DNA from: an uncultured Planctomycetota bacterium | GTDB taxonomy: Bacteria > Planctomycetota > Planctomycetia > Isosphaerales > Isosphaeraceae | DNA: 64,000 nt | Assembly (NCBI GenBank): GCA_963845755.1 | Contig: CAWJTV010000011.1 | Location: forward strand, 896,001-960,000 | Reading direction: 5' to 3' | Shown: piece after piece, positions 52,901 to 62,597 of the stretch | Position numbering within the stretch: the stretch's first letter is position 1 | Layout of the letters: the number at the start of each line of letters is the position of its first letter | Translations under genes and position numbers: made by a program | The notes under the pieces: generated by a model | Database searches by the model: none | What the model saw: the letters and a program-made list of their open reading frames with translations, nothing else | What the model was told of the DNA's origin: nothing

Positions 52901-53479
52901 CTCGCCAAGGTCGAAGACGGCCCGGGGATCCGGCCCGCGCCGGCCGTCGCGCTGGCCCGGCTGTTGCCGCTGGCGGTCCGGATCGACCCCGACCGGGCGC
53001 CGGATCTCTTGTGGCTCGCCTTGTCGCGACGCCAGCCGCTGACGGCCCTCCCCGAGTCGATGCCCGGCGTGAACCACCCGGTCCGCCAGCACTACCTCGA
53101 CCTGGCCGAGGTGGCGGCCCTGGTTGCGCGCTACGACCACTCGGCGGCCGAGGCCGTCTTCGCGCCGGTGGCCGACCGGCTCCTGGAACTCCTCGACGAG
53201 CTCCAGGGACTGGGAATCGAGGGCCCCACGATCTTCCGGGCCGCGGGGGCGTTCGACGCCCGGCTCGCCAGGACATTGCTCGATGCCTTGCCCGAAGACC
53301 CGGAGCGACCGGCCAGCCCGCCGACCGGCCGACCGCCCGGCTGGCCCAATTTCCGCCATCACACCAAGGCCCAGGCCCGGATCGCCCTGGCCAGGATCCT
53401 CGCCCTGCCCCCGGGGCTGCGCCTCCGCGAGCTGTTCCCGCCAGATCGCTACGACTGGGTTGGAGATTTCGAGGATTGA
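49979..53479 (+). CDS. Large exported protein with multiple carboxypeptidase-regulatory-like (Cna-B type) domains and a helical C-terminus
   Basis: GGAGG RBS; repeated GxVVDxxGxPVAGA and TDxxGRF motifs. Confidence 0.82.
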   Translation: MAPLLPVLWLAMGMTVPLNGTVVDSAGRPVAGATVWLGDTIATRPGPEVLATARTDDRGRFRLERADDLAGRGVMWSPTLWAYHPGSRVAFREFKGNVPGADEPVRLVLGPPASTALRVLQADGKPAQGARVRLVQANFKAPRPPDGMLDRLAATTNADGRATLDGFAPADIFSLDVTAPGQLVQCLPIDAESGTVALRPLGRLTARIVADNPKVLKGWTITAWSRPTEPGYRGPYRTHWVRETTGDDGRVAFPPIAQGAVDWEFKAPEGSNYLVAKLPSARIRPGETEAAEIPVIRAVRVEGTVVEEPGGAPIPGVTVDLDSLTHFNGRANRMVTDAQGRFSTLVQPSKVRFSFTFHNMPKTYFLPPQTPHWADFDIPQGAERQTFNPPRLRRAAQVRGRVVDESGKPAVAISVEGHWTSAEFGRNPNSIRAETDGRGEFVLGNIAPKAEVKLSASSGLVAESELVTVPTAGEGEPVTLRLRKKPTLALSGRVLGADGRPMPGALVRVKVRPPDQWPGEGSDFAFDGAEEVRTGRDGRYQTPAQLPIGYEYRVAAQAPGHEPGTSSWVVAPGTVVPDLRLRRSVGTRAVAGRVVDSGGKPVAGAEVFQSGDGPTTTRDTTGADGRFRVPGVPNAPAFLFVSKEGYHFLGRRVEPKDESVAFALRRLDEAPAAPLRSAASPVARNEERAIARALIAEAQKAPGGAHETPERMQIPEITALIDPDRVLEMIENQVLAAGPPLVSAMALARFEDDPGKALELLDAIDQPDTASVAALSLFDRLGAMASPEFRRELLERAARRPPISEDPGQAASQLARIADRWLDLGDADRGAALVRKAQALAERPRQQPFPDPRGDLALALARVDLPAALKLLEGPEPRGYSPQVIQTGIANRLATVNPGEARRIIGLLWEPGSASVRRGVCLRMAAKNLPAARALAAADRDSMVEALLPAVAARARAKSDPDGARALLREAVERLAKVEDGPGIRPAPAVALARLLPLAVRIDPDRAPDLLWLALSRRQPLTALPESMPGVNHPVRQHYLDLAEVAALVARYDHSAAEAVFAPVADRLLELLDELQGLGIEGPTIFRAAGAFDARLARTLLDALPEDPERPASPPTGRPPGWPNFRHHTKAQARIALARILALPPGLRLRELFPPDRYDWVGDFED

Positions 53480-53980
53480 TCGATCGATCGACGCGATGGG
53501 CCCAGGAGGGCGAGCTGTCGGAAGTTGCGCTTGTGATCTCGTTCTTGCGCTCCGGCATGCGTATACCGTGAACAGGGTGGGGCGTTCCCAATTTCGGAAT
53601 ACCCTGGTTAAATGGGTTCAGATAACCGTGCGACGTCTTCTTCTCAGGGAGTGCGACTGTCATGCTCCAGGCTGGGTCTGGTTTGTGGTCAACGGAGCGA
53701 GATGAGTTGGTGGAAGTCTCCTGTTAACGGTTCGACTTGTCCGCGAGGCATCCCCGGTTGCTCTGGGATACCATCATCCTGGCCGCGGGCGGAGTCCTCG
53801 AGGATCGATTCCACAACCAATCCTTCCCGGTCCACGATGATCCCGAAGTTGCTCGAAGACCTGGAGGGGAGTGGTTCGGTTCCCATGCCTTGAACTTGCC
53901 CTTGCCCGGGCCCGCTATGGGATGTGGAGGAGCACGCATCTACAGATAACATCGTGCCAGGCTCTTCAAGGAGCTTCGCC

Positions 53981-56353
53981 ATGCAACCTGCCGCGCAGAC
54001 GGCCCGCGGCCGTCGCTTCGTCCCGATCGTCATCCTCCTGCTGATCGCCGTGATGCCCTCTCCGGCCCGGTCCCAGGAGCCGGCGCCGGCGAGCGCCCCC
54101 GCCAGGCCGAGCCGTGGACCCCGCCGCGAACGAGCCTGCCGCGGTTCTTGGTTTCGGCGACTGCCACGCTCTTCGAGCAGGGGCTCGCCGATCCGCGCGG
54201 TTGCGAGTACCGGACGATTCAGATCCGGGTCGGGAGCGTCTGGGGGGGTCAGGCGCAGGAAGCCACCACGCACGGCTGGGTCTTGCCGGTCGCCGACGGC
54301 GCGAAGCCTCGTCACGCGATCGCCTGGAGCGGCCTGGTCTACCCGCTGGCCGGCTCCGGCGAGCCGGCCGACCTCGACGCCGACGTCCGAGCCATCGAAG
54401 ACACCACCGGCACCGCTCGGGCAGCCGGTGCCGCCAAGGGCCGGCCGGGTCGAGAGATGGGATTCCATGCGATTCGGGACCAACAACGAGGGATCCGCGG
54501 TCTCGGTCGCGACGCTCCATTCGATCAAGGTCTGCCTGCTCCTCCGGCTGGGAAGGGCCGACCTCGCCGAGGTGGTCTGGGCGGCGGGCACAGGGCTGCC
54601 GAAGGACCCGAAGCCGGCCGGTGCGCGGCCGAAGCTCGACTTGAACTCCTATGGTCTCTCCTACCTGAGCATCGCCCGGGACCTCGCCTGGTACCGCTTC
54701 GACCGGGCCATCTGCGCCCACATGCGAGGCGACGACCCGCTCGCCCTGGCCGACGTCCGGGCGCTCGACGCGCTGGCGCTGGCCGTCGATACCAAGGCCG
54801 AGGCGATGGGCTTTTCCCGGCCCGATCGGCAGGTCCCGCCCGGCGAGGTGGCGCCCTACATCGAATTCCTCAACCAGTTGCCCGAGTTCCGGGACGACCA
54901 GGAGCGGCGCGCGCGGGAGCGGGCCAACCCGCCGGCCCCGGTTCGGGGCGAGGGCCGGCCGGCCCGGGTCGCGAAGCTGATCCGCGACCTGGACCAGGTC
55001 GCCGCCCGCCAGTGGGGCCAGCCCGGGGGCGTGGTCCTGGGCGAGTCGCCGATCATCAAGGGCCTCATCGCCGAGGGAGACGCCGCCGTCGAGCCGCTGA
55101 TCCGCGCCTTCCGATTCGACGACCGCCTGACCCGCTCGGTCGGCTTCCATCGCGATTTCTTCCGGAACCGGCATATCCTGCGGGTCGACCAGGCTGTGCA
55201 CACCGCACTGACGGGCATCCTCAAGACCACGAACTTCGCCCCGCCGGACCCGAACCAGCCCGGCCGCGGGCCGATCAGCCGGGAAGAACTCGCCAATCAG
55301 ATCCAGGCCTACTGGGAAAAGAATCGGGCGATCCCGGTCGTCGAGCGCTGGTATCAGACCCTGGCCGACGACGAGGCCGGCGACGCGGCCTGGCTCGAAG
55401 CGGCGGGGAACATCCTCCAGCCCGAGAATATCCGGACCGTCCCCGGCGGCGGGCCGTTCGTTGTGACCGAGACGACCCCGGCGAAACCGGGGGAGCGGCC
55501 CCGGCTGCGGGGCGAGTCGCTCCGCGCGGACCACGAGCCGACCGTCGCGGCCCTGATGGCCCGGCGCGTCGAGTCGATGTTGAAGACTCCCGAGGGCCAG
55601 CGCTTCGAGCTGCTCGACCCGTGCCGGATGGGCGCGATGCTCGCGGCCTGGGACCCGGTTGCCGGCGCGCCGACGCTCCGCGAGCTGACCCGGATCTGCC
55701 GCGAGCGCTACGCTCGGCCCGATAACGGCCACGACTGGACCCACCAGAACCTCGCCGTCTCGATCGCCCGGTTCACCCTGGCCCTGGCCACGGCCGGCGA
55801 CGCCAAGGCCATCCGGGAATATGCCGAATGGGTCCGAACGACCTCGCCCGACTGGCTCGATCGGAACGCCCTGGCGGTCCTGGAGCCGTTCTACCGACGG
55901 CCCGACGACCCCACGCTCGCCGCCACCGCCGCCTGGCTCTTCGGCGACAAGCGATCCCCCTGGGTCCCGCTGATCGGCCGCAAGGGGGTGCGGCTGACTT
56001 ACCACGTCGCGGAGCTGATCGCCTCGCCGATGGTCGAGGTCCCCGCATTTCGCAAGATGCTCCTCGCGGCCCTCGACGACCGCTCGCCCGCCGGGACGGC
56101 CAAGATCGGTGACAACGAGTCCGTGAGCGTCGAGATCGAAGGGGGCTTCTCGATCGGCCGCACCGCACCCAAGGACGACCGCGACCCGCCGGCCCAGGGG
56201 ACCGAGGTTTCCATCCGGATGTGCGACTTCTACGCCTGGCAGCTCGCGACGCTCCAAGGCGCTCCTACCTTCAACCCCTGCTGGCCCGAGTCGCGACGCG
56301 ACGCCGGCGTGGCCGCGATCGCGGCGTTCCTCAGGCGCAAGGGAGTACGTTAA
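53981..56353 (+). CDS. Hypothetical secreted protein, frameshifts near 54100-54150 and 54450
   Basis: Signal peptide (ARS/QE), GLADPRGCEYR, RQWGQPGGV, IRMCDFYAWQL; coding-like composition. Confidence 0.7.
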   Translation: MQPAAQTARGRRFVPIVILLLIAVMPSPARSQEPAPASAPARPSRGPRRERACRGSWFRRLPRSSSRGSPIRAVASTGRFRSGSGASGGVRRRKPPRTAGSCRSPTARSLVTRSPGAAWSTRWPAPASRPTSTPTSEPSKTPPAPLGQPVPPRAGRVERWDSMRFGTNNEGSAVSVATLHSIKVCLLLRLGRADLAEVVWAAGTGLPKDPKPAGARPKLDLNSYGLSYLSIARDLAWYRFDRAICAHMRGDDPLALADVRALDALALAVDTKAEAMGFSRPDRQVPPGEVAPYIEFLNQLPEFRDDQERRARERANPPAPVRGEGRPARVAKLIRDLDQVAARQWGQPGGVVLGESPIIKGLIAEGDAAVEPLIRAFRFDDRLTRSVGFHRDFFRNRHILRVDQAVHTALTGILKTTNFAPPDPNQPGRGPISREELANQIQAYWEKNRAIPVVERWYQTLADDEAGDAAWLEAAGNILQPENIRTVPGGGPFVVTETTPAKPGERPRLRGESLRADHEPTVAALMARRVESMLKTPEGQRFELLDPCRMGAMLAAWDPVAGAPTLRELTRICRERYARPDNGHDWTHQNLAVSIARFTLALATAGDAKAIREYAEWVRTTSPDWLDRNALAVLEPFYRRPDDPTLAATAAWLFGDKRSPWVPLIGRKGVRLTYHVAELIASPMVEVPAFRKMLLAALDDRSPAGTAKIGDNESVSVEIEGGFSIGRTAPKDDRDPPAQGTEVSIRMCDFYAWQLATLQGAPTFNPCWPESRRDAGVAAIAAFLRRKGVR

Positions 56354-56439
56354 GAGCGGATCCAGGATCATCGTGGCGCGCGATCCAACCGTCCGGCGCT
56401 CTCGATTCTTCCGCCCTGCGGGGTTTCGGGAACAGACTT

Positions 56440-56676
56440 TCAGAGGCGGTCAGCCTCCTCGGCCGGGACGTCGGGCACCCTGGCCAGGACGCGATCGAAC
56501 GCGCCCCGATCGCCGCGAGCGGCGCGCTCTTCCAGGTACTCGGCGGTCATCAACGCCGAGAGCTTCTCGGCCACCGCGGTCGTGATGAACTGGTTGATCG
56601 AGATGCCCTCCCGCTCCGCGGTCCGCTTCAACTCCTTGTGCAACGATTCCGGCAGTCGTAGGCTCAACGTGCTCAT
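56440..56676 (-). CDS. RHH/HicB-like antitoxin
   Basis: MSTLSLRLPESLHK..EGISINQFI..AVAEK; ATGA overlap with the toxin stop. Confidence 0.85.
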   Translation of the reverse strand: MSTLSLRLPESLHKELKRTAEREGISINQFITTAVAEKLSALMTAEYLEERAARGDRGAFDRVLARVPDVPAEEADRL

Positions 56677-57101
56677 CGGGTCTCTCCGATCCGGGTCAGG
56701 AACTCGCGGGGTGTCATGATCCAAAGGCCGAATCGCTCGACCCCCGCAAAATCCTTGGCGTTGAACGTGACAATCCCCTCACAATGCGCGGCGACAGCCA
56801 GCTCGAGCACGAGGTCATCCTTCGAATCCGGAAGCCACGGGCGCCAAAGATAATAGATCCGTTGCCGCTGACCCACTGCGCAAATGTAGTCGATCACGGC
56901 GTCGATTTCCGTCTGATCGAAACCCACGATCTTGACATGCCGCATCAGCACATCTTCGTATTCGAGCATGAGCGGAACCGATATCGCGATCTCGAAGCTC
57001 TCGGTGCCCAGTAATTGGATCAGGCGAAACAATGCCCTCTGGCGTGACCGCAAACCGGCCTCGAGCACATTCGTGTCCAGGACGATCCTTGGTGTGTCCA
57101 T
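56673..57101 (-). CDS. PIN-domain toxin
   Basis: IVLDTNVL, EYEDV, DSKDDLVLELAV, IVTFNAKDF. Confidence 0.88.
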   Translation of the reverse strand: MDTPRIVLDTNVLEAGLRSRQRALFRLIQLLGTESFEIAISVPLMLEYEDVLMRHVKIVGFDQTEIDAVIDYICAVGQRQRIYYLWRPWLPDSKDDLVLELAVAAHCEGIVTFNAKDFAGVERFGLWIMTPREFLTRIGETR

Positions 57102-57107
57102 CGCGGT

Positions 57108-57113
57108 ATTATA
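57108..57113 (-). promoter_or_regulatory. -10 box of a probably leaderless TA promoter
   Basis: TATAAT 6 nt upstream of the toxin ATG, with no SD between them. Confidence 0.6.
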
Positions 57114-57116
57114 GAG

Positions 57117-57268
57117 TCTTCCTCCGTAGGCTCCCTGCCGCGTGCCGCACCTCTGGGGATTCCGAATTCCGGATTCGGGATTCCGGATTCCCGGATCATT
57201 CCCCTTCGGGAATCCGGAATCGCGAATCGGGAATCCCGATTGGGTTGCGGCCGAAGGTCGCGTTAGGC
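57117..57268. repeat. About 150-bp heptamer-hairpin repeat, copy 1
   Basis: GGATTCC-type heptamers facing GGAATCC-type heptamers, ending GGGTTGCGGC..CGCGTTAGG; core nearly identical to 61667-61814. Confidence 0.8.
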
Positions 57269-57539
57269 GATACCAAGAAAGGAACAAGCCGCCTTGCGCT
57301 CGGGTCGGTCCGATCCGGACGATGGATCTCGGAGACGACCGCGCCAACGCCGAGCCACCGGCGGCATTCGGCGCGGTGCCTGGACGTTGTCGGCGACCGT
57401 CGTGTTCGGTTTCCTCCGGCCCCGCCCTTGCCGTAGAATGGACCCGACGCGGCGCTGATCCGTTCGCCGCCGAACGGCCGGCGACCCGGCAGGGGTCGCG
57501 GCGTCGGCCGACTGCCGCGTCGGAAGGCCCTGGCTCGCC

Positions 57540-58493
57540 ATGCCGAAACAACGCATCTTCATCAGCGCCACGACTCGCGACCTGGGAAGCTATCGCGAGC
57601 TTGCCGGCAAGACCCTGCGCGAGCGCGGCTATGTCGTGGATGATCAGGCCGTCTTCAACCTGACGTATCAACAAATCGGCGAGAAGCTCAAGCACCGGAT
57701 CGCCGGTGACCTGGGAGACGGCCCTCGCCCAGTTGACGGAGCCGGAGCGACGCTTGCTCGAAGTGCTCTCCTGGCTGGCTCCGGGGCCGATCCCAATCTT
57801 TTTCTTCGACGCCAAGCCGTTGACGGAGGCCATCCCCGATCCCCGTGAGGCGCTGGCGGGACTGGCGGGCTATTCGCTGGCCTGGTTCGATGCCTCGGGC
57901 GATGCGGTTGTGGTCCACCGACTGGTGCAGGGGATCACCCGCGGTCGCATCCCCAAGGCCGACCGCACCGCGAGCCTGCAAGTCGCCCTGGACGCGGTGA
58001 ATGACGCGGCCCCGCACGAGAGCTGGGATGTCCGCACCTGGGAGTCTGGACGCCCTTGGCGGCGCATGCGGAGGCGGTCAGCCGGAACACCGACGATGCC
58101 AGCATCACCGAGCCGACGGCCTGGTTGGCGAATCAACTGGGTTTGTACTGGTATGCCCGCGGCCAGTTCCGCGTCGCCGAGCCGCTCATGCGCCGGGCGC
58201 TGGCGATCAATGAGGGGAGACATGGCCCGGACCACCCCGAAGTCGCCAGCCGGGTCCGCAACCTGGCGCAGTTGCTCTACGTCACCAGCCGCTTGTCCGA
58301 GGCCGAGCCGCTGATGCTCCAGGTCGTGCGGATCCGCATCGAGTACCAGCGCCGGACGGGGCACGAAGACCCGAACCTCCGCGTCGGCGTGGACAATTAC
58401 GTTGGCCTTCTGCGAGCGATGGCGAGGACCAAGAAGCAGATCCAGCACCAGTTGCGCGAGCTGGACGAGTCCCTGGGTTCGGAAGGCTCTTGA
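57540..58493 (+). pseudogene. Internally deleted DUF4062-(NB-ARC)-TPR gene
   Basis: RIFISATTRDL..YR (DUF4062 start) joined at about 57705 to TWETALAQL..LLEVLSWLAPGPIP..HRLVQ (post-NB-ARC region) and AEPLMRRALAI..GPDHP TPR_12; no P-loop. Confidence 0.7.
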
Positions 58494-58713
58494 CCCCGCG
58501 CACGTTCCGGGCATTCCGCTGGTCAGTCCGCATCCGCCCAGGCGAAGGAAACGCGCTCCCGGCCGCCCGCGCCGGCATGAGGCCCGCTCGCGCGCGAGTC
58601 TTCGGCCCATGTCTCGAAAGCCACGCTCGAAGATTCGGGTGACAGGCACGCGATACGGACGGAAGTCTCTGTTGGTAAGGGGTTTGCGTCGTGTCAACCC
58701 GGGTCGGTCGTGG

Positions 58714-58742
58714 TTGCGTAAAGGGCCGGGTTTCGGTATAAT
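58714..58742 (+). promoter_or_regulatory. Sigma70-type promoter of gyrA
   Basis: TTGCGT, 17-nt spacer, TATAAT. Confidence 0.7.
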
Positions 58743-58837
58743 GAATGATCCGAATCATCCGGCCGCGCGCGGCGAGCTAAGCCGGGTGTCCTGCCTCCCC
58801 TTGATGGGGCTCAGAGGCGATCTCCGTTTGTCGATTC

Positions 58838-58902
58838 GTCGGGTGGGTGCAACCCACCAAATTTATGCGATCAAGAAGTTCGGTGGGTTGCACCCATCCT
58901 AC
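58838..58902. repeat. GTAG-type REP doublet in the gyrA leader
   Basis: GTCGGGTGGGTGCAACCCACC ... GGTGGGTTGCACCCATCCTAC. Confidence 0.8.
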
Positions 58903-58979
58903 TGGGACTAAAGGCTGAGTCAGAACCCGGTTGGTCTTTGAATGAGCCTTCAGCCTTCCGACAGAGGGACCGATTGACT

Positions 58980-61663
58980 GTGACTACTGCCGTTGTACCT
59001 CCCGCCCCACCCCTGCCGCCCCAGCCGCTGGACATCGAGGAAGAGCTCAAGGAGAGTTACCTCAATTATGCGATGTCGGTGATCATCAGCCGTGGCGCTG
59101 CCCGACGTCCGCGACGGGCTCAAGCCGTCGCAGCGGCGGATCCTGGTGGCGATGCGCGACCTGGGCCTGGTGCCCGGCGGGTCCACCAGCAAGTGTGCGG
59201 GGCCAGTCGCCGAGACGATGAAGCGATATCACCCGCACGGCGACGCCTCGATCTACCCGACCCTGGTCCGCATGGCGCAGTGGTGGAACATGCGCCACCT
59301 GCTGATCACCGGGCAGGGAAACTTCGGGTCGATCCACGGCTTGCCCCCGGCGGCCTTCCGTTATACCGAGTGCAAGCTCAGCCCGGTCGGCGCCGAGATG
59401 CTCGAGGACCTGACCCTCGACACGGTCGACTTCCAGCCGAACTATGACGGCAAGTATGAGGAGCCCCGGGTCCTGCCCGGCAAGTTCCCCAACCTGCTGG
59501 TCAACGGCTCGGGGGGCATCGCCGTGGGGATGGCCACCTCGATCCCACCCCACAACCTCGGCGAGGTCTGCGATGCCCTGATCGCCTACATCGACGACCC
59601 AACGATCGAGCTCGACGAGTTGATGGAGATCATCCCTGGCCCGGACTTCCCCACCGGCGCGACGATCTGCAACAAGTTCGGCCTGCGCGAGGCGTATCGC
59701 ACCGGGCGAGGACGCGTGATCATCCGGGCCAAGTACGAGATCGAAGAGCTCAAGGACGGCCGCGCCCAGATCGCCTTCACCGAGATCCCCTACCAGCTCA
59801 CCAAGGAGATCCTGCTCAAGAAGCTGGCCGATCTGGTCAACGGCGGCCGGATCACCGGCGTATCCAACATCGACGACTTCAGCGACCGCAAGCAGCCGGT
59901 GCGGCGTGGTCGTCACCGTCAAGAAGGGCGAGGACCCGAACGTCGTCGTCAATCAGCTCTTCGAGTACTCGCCGCTCCAGGACACCTTCAGCGTGATCAT
60001 GCTGGCCCTGGTCGACGGCCGGCCCAAGACCCTGCCGCTGAAGGACCTGCTGCGGCTCTACGTCGAGCACCGCGTCAACGTGATCCGGCGTCGGACCCAG
60101 TATCAACTCCGCCAGGCCCGGCAGCGCGCCCACATCGTCGAGGGCCTCTTGATCGCGCTGGCCTACATCGACGAGATCATCCGCGTGATCCGCTCGTCGG
60201 CCAATCCGCCCGAAGCCCGTACCCGGCTGATGGGCATCGCCGTCTCGGCCGAGATCCTCCGCCGCGCCCTCGACGATCCCGAGGCCAAGGAGGCGGCGAG
60301 CCTGACCCGCATGCAGGCCGACGCCATCCTCGCCATGCAGCTCCAGCGCCTCACCGGCCTCGAGGCCGACAAGCTGGCCCAGGAGTACATCGGGCTCAAG
60401 GCCGACATCGCCGGCTACGAACGCATCCTGGCCGACGAGGCCGTGATCCTCGAGATGATCCGCGCCGACCTCCGCGAGATGAAGCACAAGTACGCCGACC
60501 CGCGCCGGAGCATGATCGCCGACGAGGAGGTCGGCGACTACGACAAGGAGGCGCTGATCCGCGAGGAATACATGGTCGTGACCGTCACGCACGACGGCTA
60601 CATCAAGCGGCTGCCGCCCAGCACCTACCGCGCCCAGGGCAGGGGGGGCCGCGGCATCGCCGCGACCAACACCAAGGAAGGCGACTTCCTCGAGCATATG
60701 TTCGTCGCCCTGACGCACGACTACATCCTGTTCTTCACCGACAAGGGGAAGGTCTACTGGATCAAGGTTTATGACCTGCCGCTGGCGACGCGGACCGCCG
60801 GGGGCCGGGCCATCGTCAACCTCCTGCAACTGGGCGACGGCGAGCGGATCACCGGGATGATCCCGGTCCGCCAGTTCCACGAGGATGAGTGCCTGTTCAT
60901 GGTCACGCGGCGGGGCACGGTCAAGAAGACCGAGCTGACGGCGTTCAAGCGGCCGCTCGGGCGCGGGATCATCGCGCTGGGACTCGATGAGAACGACGAG
61001 CTCATCGGCGTGGCGCGCACCAAGGCCGGCGATCACGTGATCCTGAGCACCCGGGACGGCATGGCGATCCGGTTCGATGAGTCGCGGGCCCGTGCGATGG
61101 GCCGGCAGGCCTATGGCGTCAAGGGGATCGACCTGGCCGAGGGGGACGAGGTCGTCGGCATGATCGTGGCCGTCGGCGATGAGGACCCGGCCAGCATCCT
61201 GACCGTCTGCGCCAAGGGCTACGGCAAGCGGACCCTCCTGACCGAGTACCGCACCCAGAACCGCGGCGGCAAGGGCCTCATCGACATCCAGACCTCCGAG
61301 CGCAACGGGCCGGTCGTCGTCGTGTCCAAGGTCACCGAAAACGACGAGATCATGCTCACCACCAGCGGCGGCCTGGTCATCCGGACGCGCGTGGACACCA
61401 TCCGCACCATCGGCCGCAATACCCTGGGCGTCCGGCTGATCAAGCTCGACGACGGCGATACCGTCAGCAGTCTCGCCAAGCTGCCCGAGGTCGAGCTCGC
61501 CGACGCCGGAGCCGAGGTCATCGACGAGGGCGACGTCGACGAGGGCCAGCTCGACGGTCTCCACGAGCCCCACATCATCGATGACGGCGTAGCCGAGGCC
61601 GAGGCCAGCGACCACCTCGATGAGACCCAGGACGAAGACGGTTCGGCGCTCGGGAGTGAGTAG
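58980..61663 (+). CDS. gyrA: DNA gyrase subunit A, apparent frameshifts near 59093 and 59905
   Basis: [34 protein letters not shown] (catalytic Tyr), [15 protein letters not shown], GyrA-box QGRGGRG, acidic tail. Confidence 0.95.
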
Positions 61664-61666
61664 GGA

Positions 61667-61814
61667 TCTTCCTCCGTCAGATCGCCGCGCCGTGCGCGCA
61701 TCTGGGGATTCCGAATTCCGGATTCGAGATTCCCGATTCCGGAATCATTCCCCTTCGGGAATCCGGAATCTCGAATCGGGAATCCCGATTGGGTTGCGGC
61801 ACGTCCGCGTTAGG
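61667..61814. repeat. Heptamer-hairpin repeat, copy 2
   Basis: Homologous to 57117-57268; a 25-bp direct repeat occurs at 61679-61703 and 61816-61840. Confidence 0.8.
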
Positions 61815-61854
61815 AAGATCGCCGCGCCGTGCGCGCATCTTGCTGCGGTTTTTC

Positions 61855-61920
61855 GGTGGTCACGCTTTCCAGCCTGACCCGCCTGGCGTTGTCATGGTCA
61901 GGCTGGAAAGCCTGACCTAC
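61855..61920. repeat. REP doublet (GTCAGGCTGGAAAGCCTGAC family)
   Basis: GCTTTCCAGCCTGAC ... GTCAGGCTGGAAAGCCTGACCTAC. Confidence 0.75.
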
Positions 61921-61923
61921 GAA

Positions 61924-62597
61924 TCAAGAGGCTCGTGCCGTCCGGCGCCCCTGGCGGAAGGCCAGATAAGGGAGGAGAGAACCACCAGCCAGCATCAAGA
62001 TCATCGAGGACGGTTCGGGGATGCTCGTGGGCTGGATGGGATTGAAGATGATCCCCGAGGTCAACGTCACGGAACCGGTGTTGGTCGTGGGTGGCCCATT
62101 GGGATCCGAGGTCGAATGCGACTTACCCACGTAGATGACGTCCGTCGTCGGATTCGTGCCACTGGGTGTATCCACGTTGCCAAAGACGGTGAAATAGCCC
62201 AGGAACAGGTCGGACGCGGAGTTATCGACGATTGGCGACGAGGAACTGTTGATCCAGGTGACATCGGATGCCGTCGGGTTGGTGCCAACCTGGGTGATGC
62301 TGGAGACGAACGGACCGTACTGAGGTGGGGAGAGCACGGATCCCCCCGGTTGCGACGTACCCGCGCCGGAGCGATCCCAATAAGGTCCTGGGCTTGAATC
62401 GAATCGCCGACCTTGAGGATGGTGCCGGGTGTCAGGTAAACCAGGAATTGATAGTCAAAAAACGGGTCACCGACCCCCTGGACGCCACCCGTCTTGATAA
62501 CGACGGCCCCCGCCTGGGCCTCGCTCCCGCCGGCGATCATCGCCATGAGCGCGGTCGCACCTACCCAGAGGGACATACGTTGAGTTGATCGGTTCAT
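61924..62597 (-). CDS. PEP-CTERM sorting-domain protein, frameshift near 62350-62390
   Basis: Signal peptide (AQA/G), Ser/Thr-rich body, IPEPSSMILMLAGG..RQGRR C-terminal motif. Confidence 0.85.

Noticed and set aside
53480..53980. Possible small gene or ncRNA in a lower-GC intergenic stretch
   Set aside because: No convincing ORF, RBS or recognisable RNA structure.
1310..61615. Long antisense or alternate-frame ORFs (e.g. 1310-2908, 12206-14434, 17555-19297, 36874-38859, 53966-56371, 59879-61615)
   Set aside because: These are shadow ORFs of real high-GC genes, with no recognisable motifs.
58980..61663. parC or a gyrA pseudogene
   Set aside because: The GyrA-box and acidic tail are present, and the frameshifts match the window-wide indel error pattern.
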